From Nitrospirota bacterium (GTDB lineage Bacteria > Nitrospirota > Thermodesulfovibrionia > Thermodesulfovibrionales > Dissulfurispiraceae), in assembly GCA_963790025.1 (NCBI GenBank), contig CAWBMP010000005.1, positions 544,001 through 608,000 on the forward strand: a stretch of 64,000 nucleotides of DNA, read 5' to 3'. The notes below the pieces were generated by a model. That model did no database searches. It worked only from the letters and a program-made list of their open reading frames with translations, and was not told the origin of the DNA. The translations under genes were made by a program, and so were the position numbers. Shown here one piece after another: positions 63,374-64,000 of this stretch. Within the stretch, counting starts at the first letter, position 1, and each line of letters begins with the position of its first letter.

Positions 63374-63561
63374 ACAATATTACAGGTTGTAATCTGCTCA
63401 AATCATATAGATATCTCATGACCGATTTTTAAAAAGCGGGAATGTTTATGCTATAATTCATGTATGAAAAGGAGATACCACAGAGATACCTTGAGATGGT
63501 CGAAGAGGCCGTGAAGATCGCTAAAGACTTCGTGCGCAAGCTGGGTTAGTAGTCTGACAGA

Positions 63562-64000
63562 ATGGCTAAATACATACTTCCGCTGGTAATCATCGCTCTT
63601 CTCATGTCCTTTTTCAGGCTCGGATTTGTTTCACTCTTTGACGTCGACGAGGCTGTGTTCTCAGCCGCTACCAAGGAGATGGTGCAGAGCGGCAATTGGA
63701 TAACTCCAACCTATAACGGAGAAAACCGCTACGATAAGCCGGTCCTTTTTTACTGGCTCATGGCGGCCTCTTACAAGGCGTTAGGCGTTAATAACTTCTC
63801 TTCACGGTTCCCTTCCGCCCTTGCCGCTTCATGTCTGGTATTGGCGCTGTTCCTATTTGTAAGGCCATTCCATGGTGAGAAAAGGGCGTTCTATGCGGCA
63901 CTTTCATTTGTCCTATCGCTCTACTACCTTATTTATTCTCATGCTGCTGTTACAGATATGGTATTGACTCTGTTTATCAGCTTATCGCTGTTTTCCTTCT
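63562..64000 (+). CDS. ArnT/PMT family (GT39/83) glycosyltransferase, partial
   Basis: Manual translation MAKYILPL...LFDVDEAVFSAATKEMVQSGNWITPTYNGENRYDKPVLFYW. Confidence 0.88.
   Translation, partial: MAKYILPLVIIALLMSFFRLGFVSLFDVDEAVFSAATKEMVQSGNWITPTYNGENRYDKPVLFYWLMAASYKALGVNNFSSRFPSALAASCLVLALFLFVRPFHGEKRAFYAALSFVLSLYYLIYSHAAVTDMVLTLFISLSLFSF

Noticed and set aside
63460..63549. 29-aa ORF MYEKEIPQRYLEMVEEAVKIAKDFVRKLG
   Set aside because: No RBS and too short to assign; possibly a gene fragment.

Overview
Bacterial chromosomal window of mostly housekeeping genes. Gene content and order suggest an anaerobic Nitrospirota (Thermodesulfovibrionia-like) or deltaproteobacterial-type organism (inference). 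Core genes: pilT (partial), secA, CBS-domain pyrophosphatase, cheV, amidase-GerMN-murI-rph-ftsH-folP-pepN, PBP1A, icd, argS, yajQ-fabG-acpP-fabF-rnc, radA, thiD, rplM-rpsI-argC, a DEAD-box helicase and maf. Accessory modules: (1) a double-cubane cluster reductase with its ATP-dependent activator; (2) a decaying AT-rich signalling islet (18.6-22.3 kb) bounded by direct repeats; (3) a kdpFABC operon with an extra small peptide, a sigma-54 promoter, a split KdpD and a KinB/AlgB-like two-component system; (4) an octaheme HAO-like cytochrome heading a napM-A-D-G-H nitrate reductase operon without napB, napC or nrfA. The non-coding DNA is unusually structured. About 14 gene junctions carry inverted pairs of degenerate 6- or 7-nt tandem repeats, one of which is translated as a lipoprotein signal peptide. 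A 33-bp GAA-loop hairpin occurs three times, once in frame in pepN. Two MITE-like families are also present. No rRNA, tRNA, CRISPR array or transposase gene was seen.
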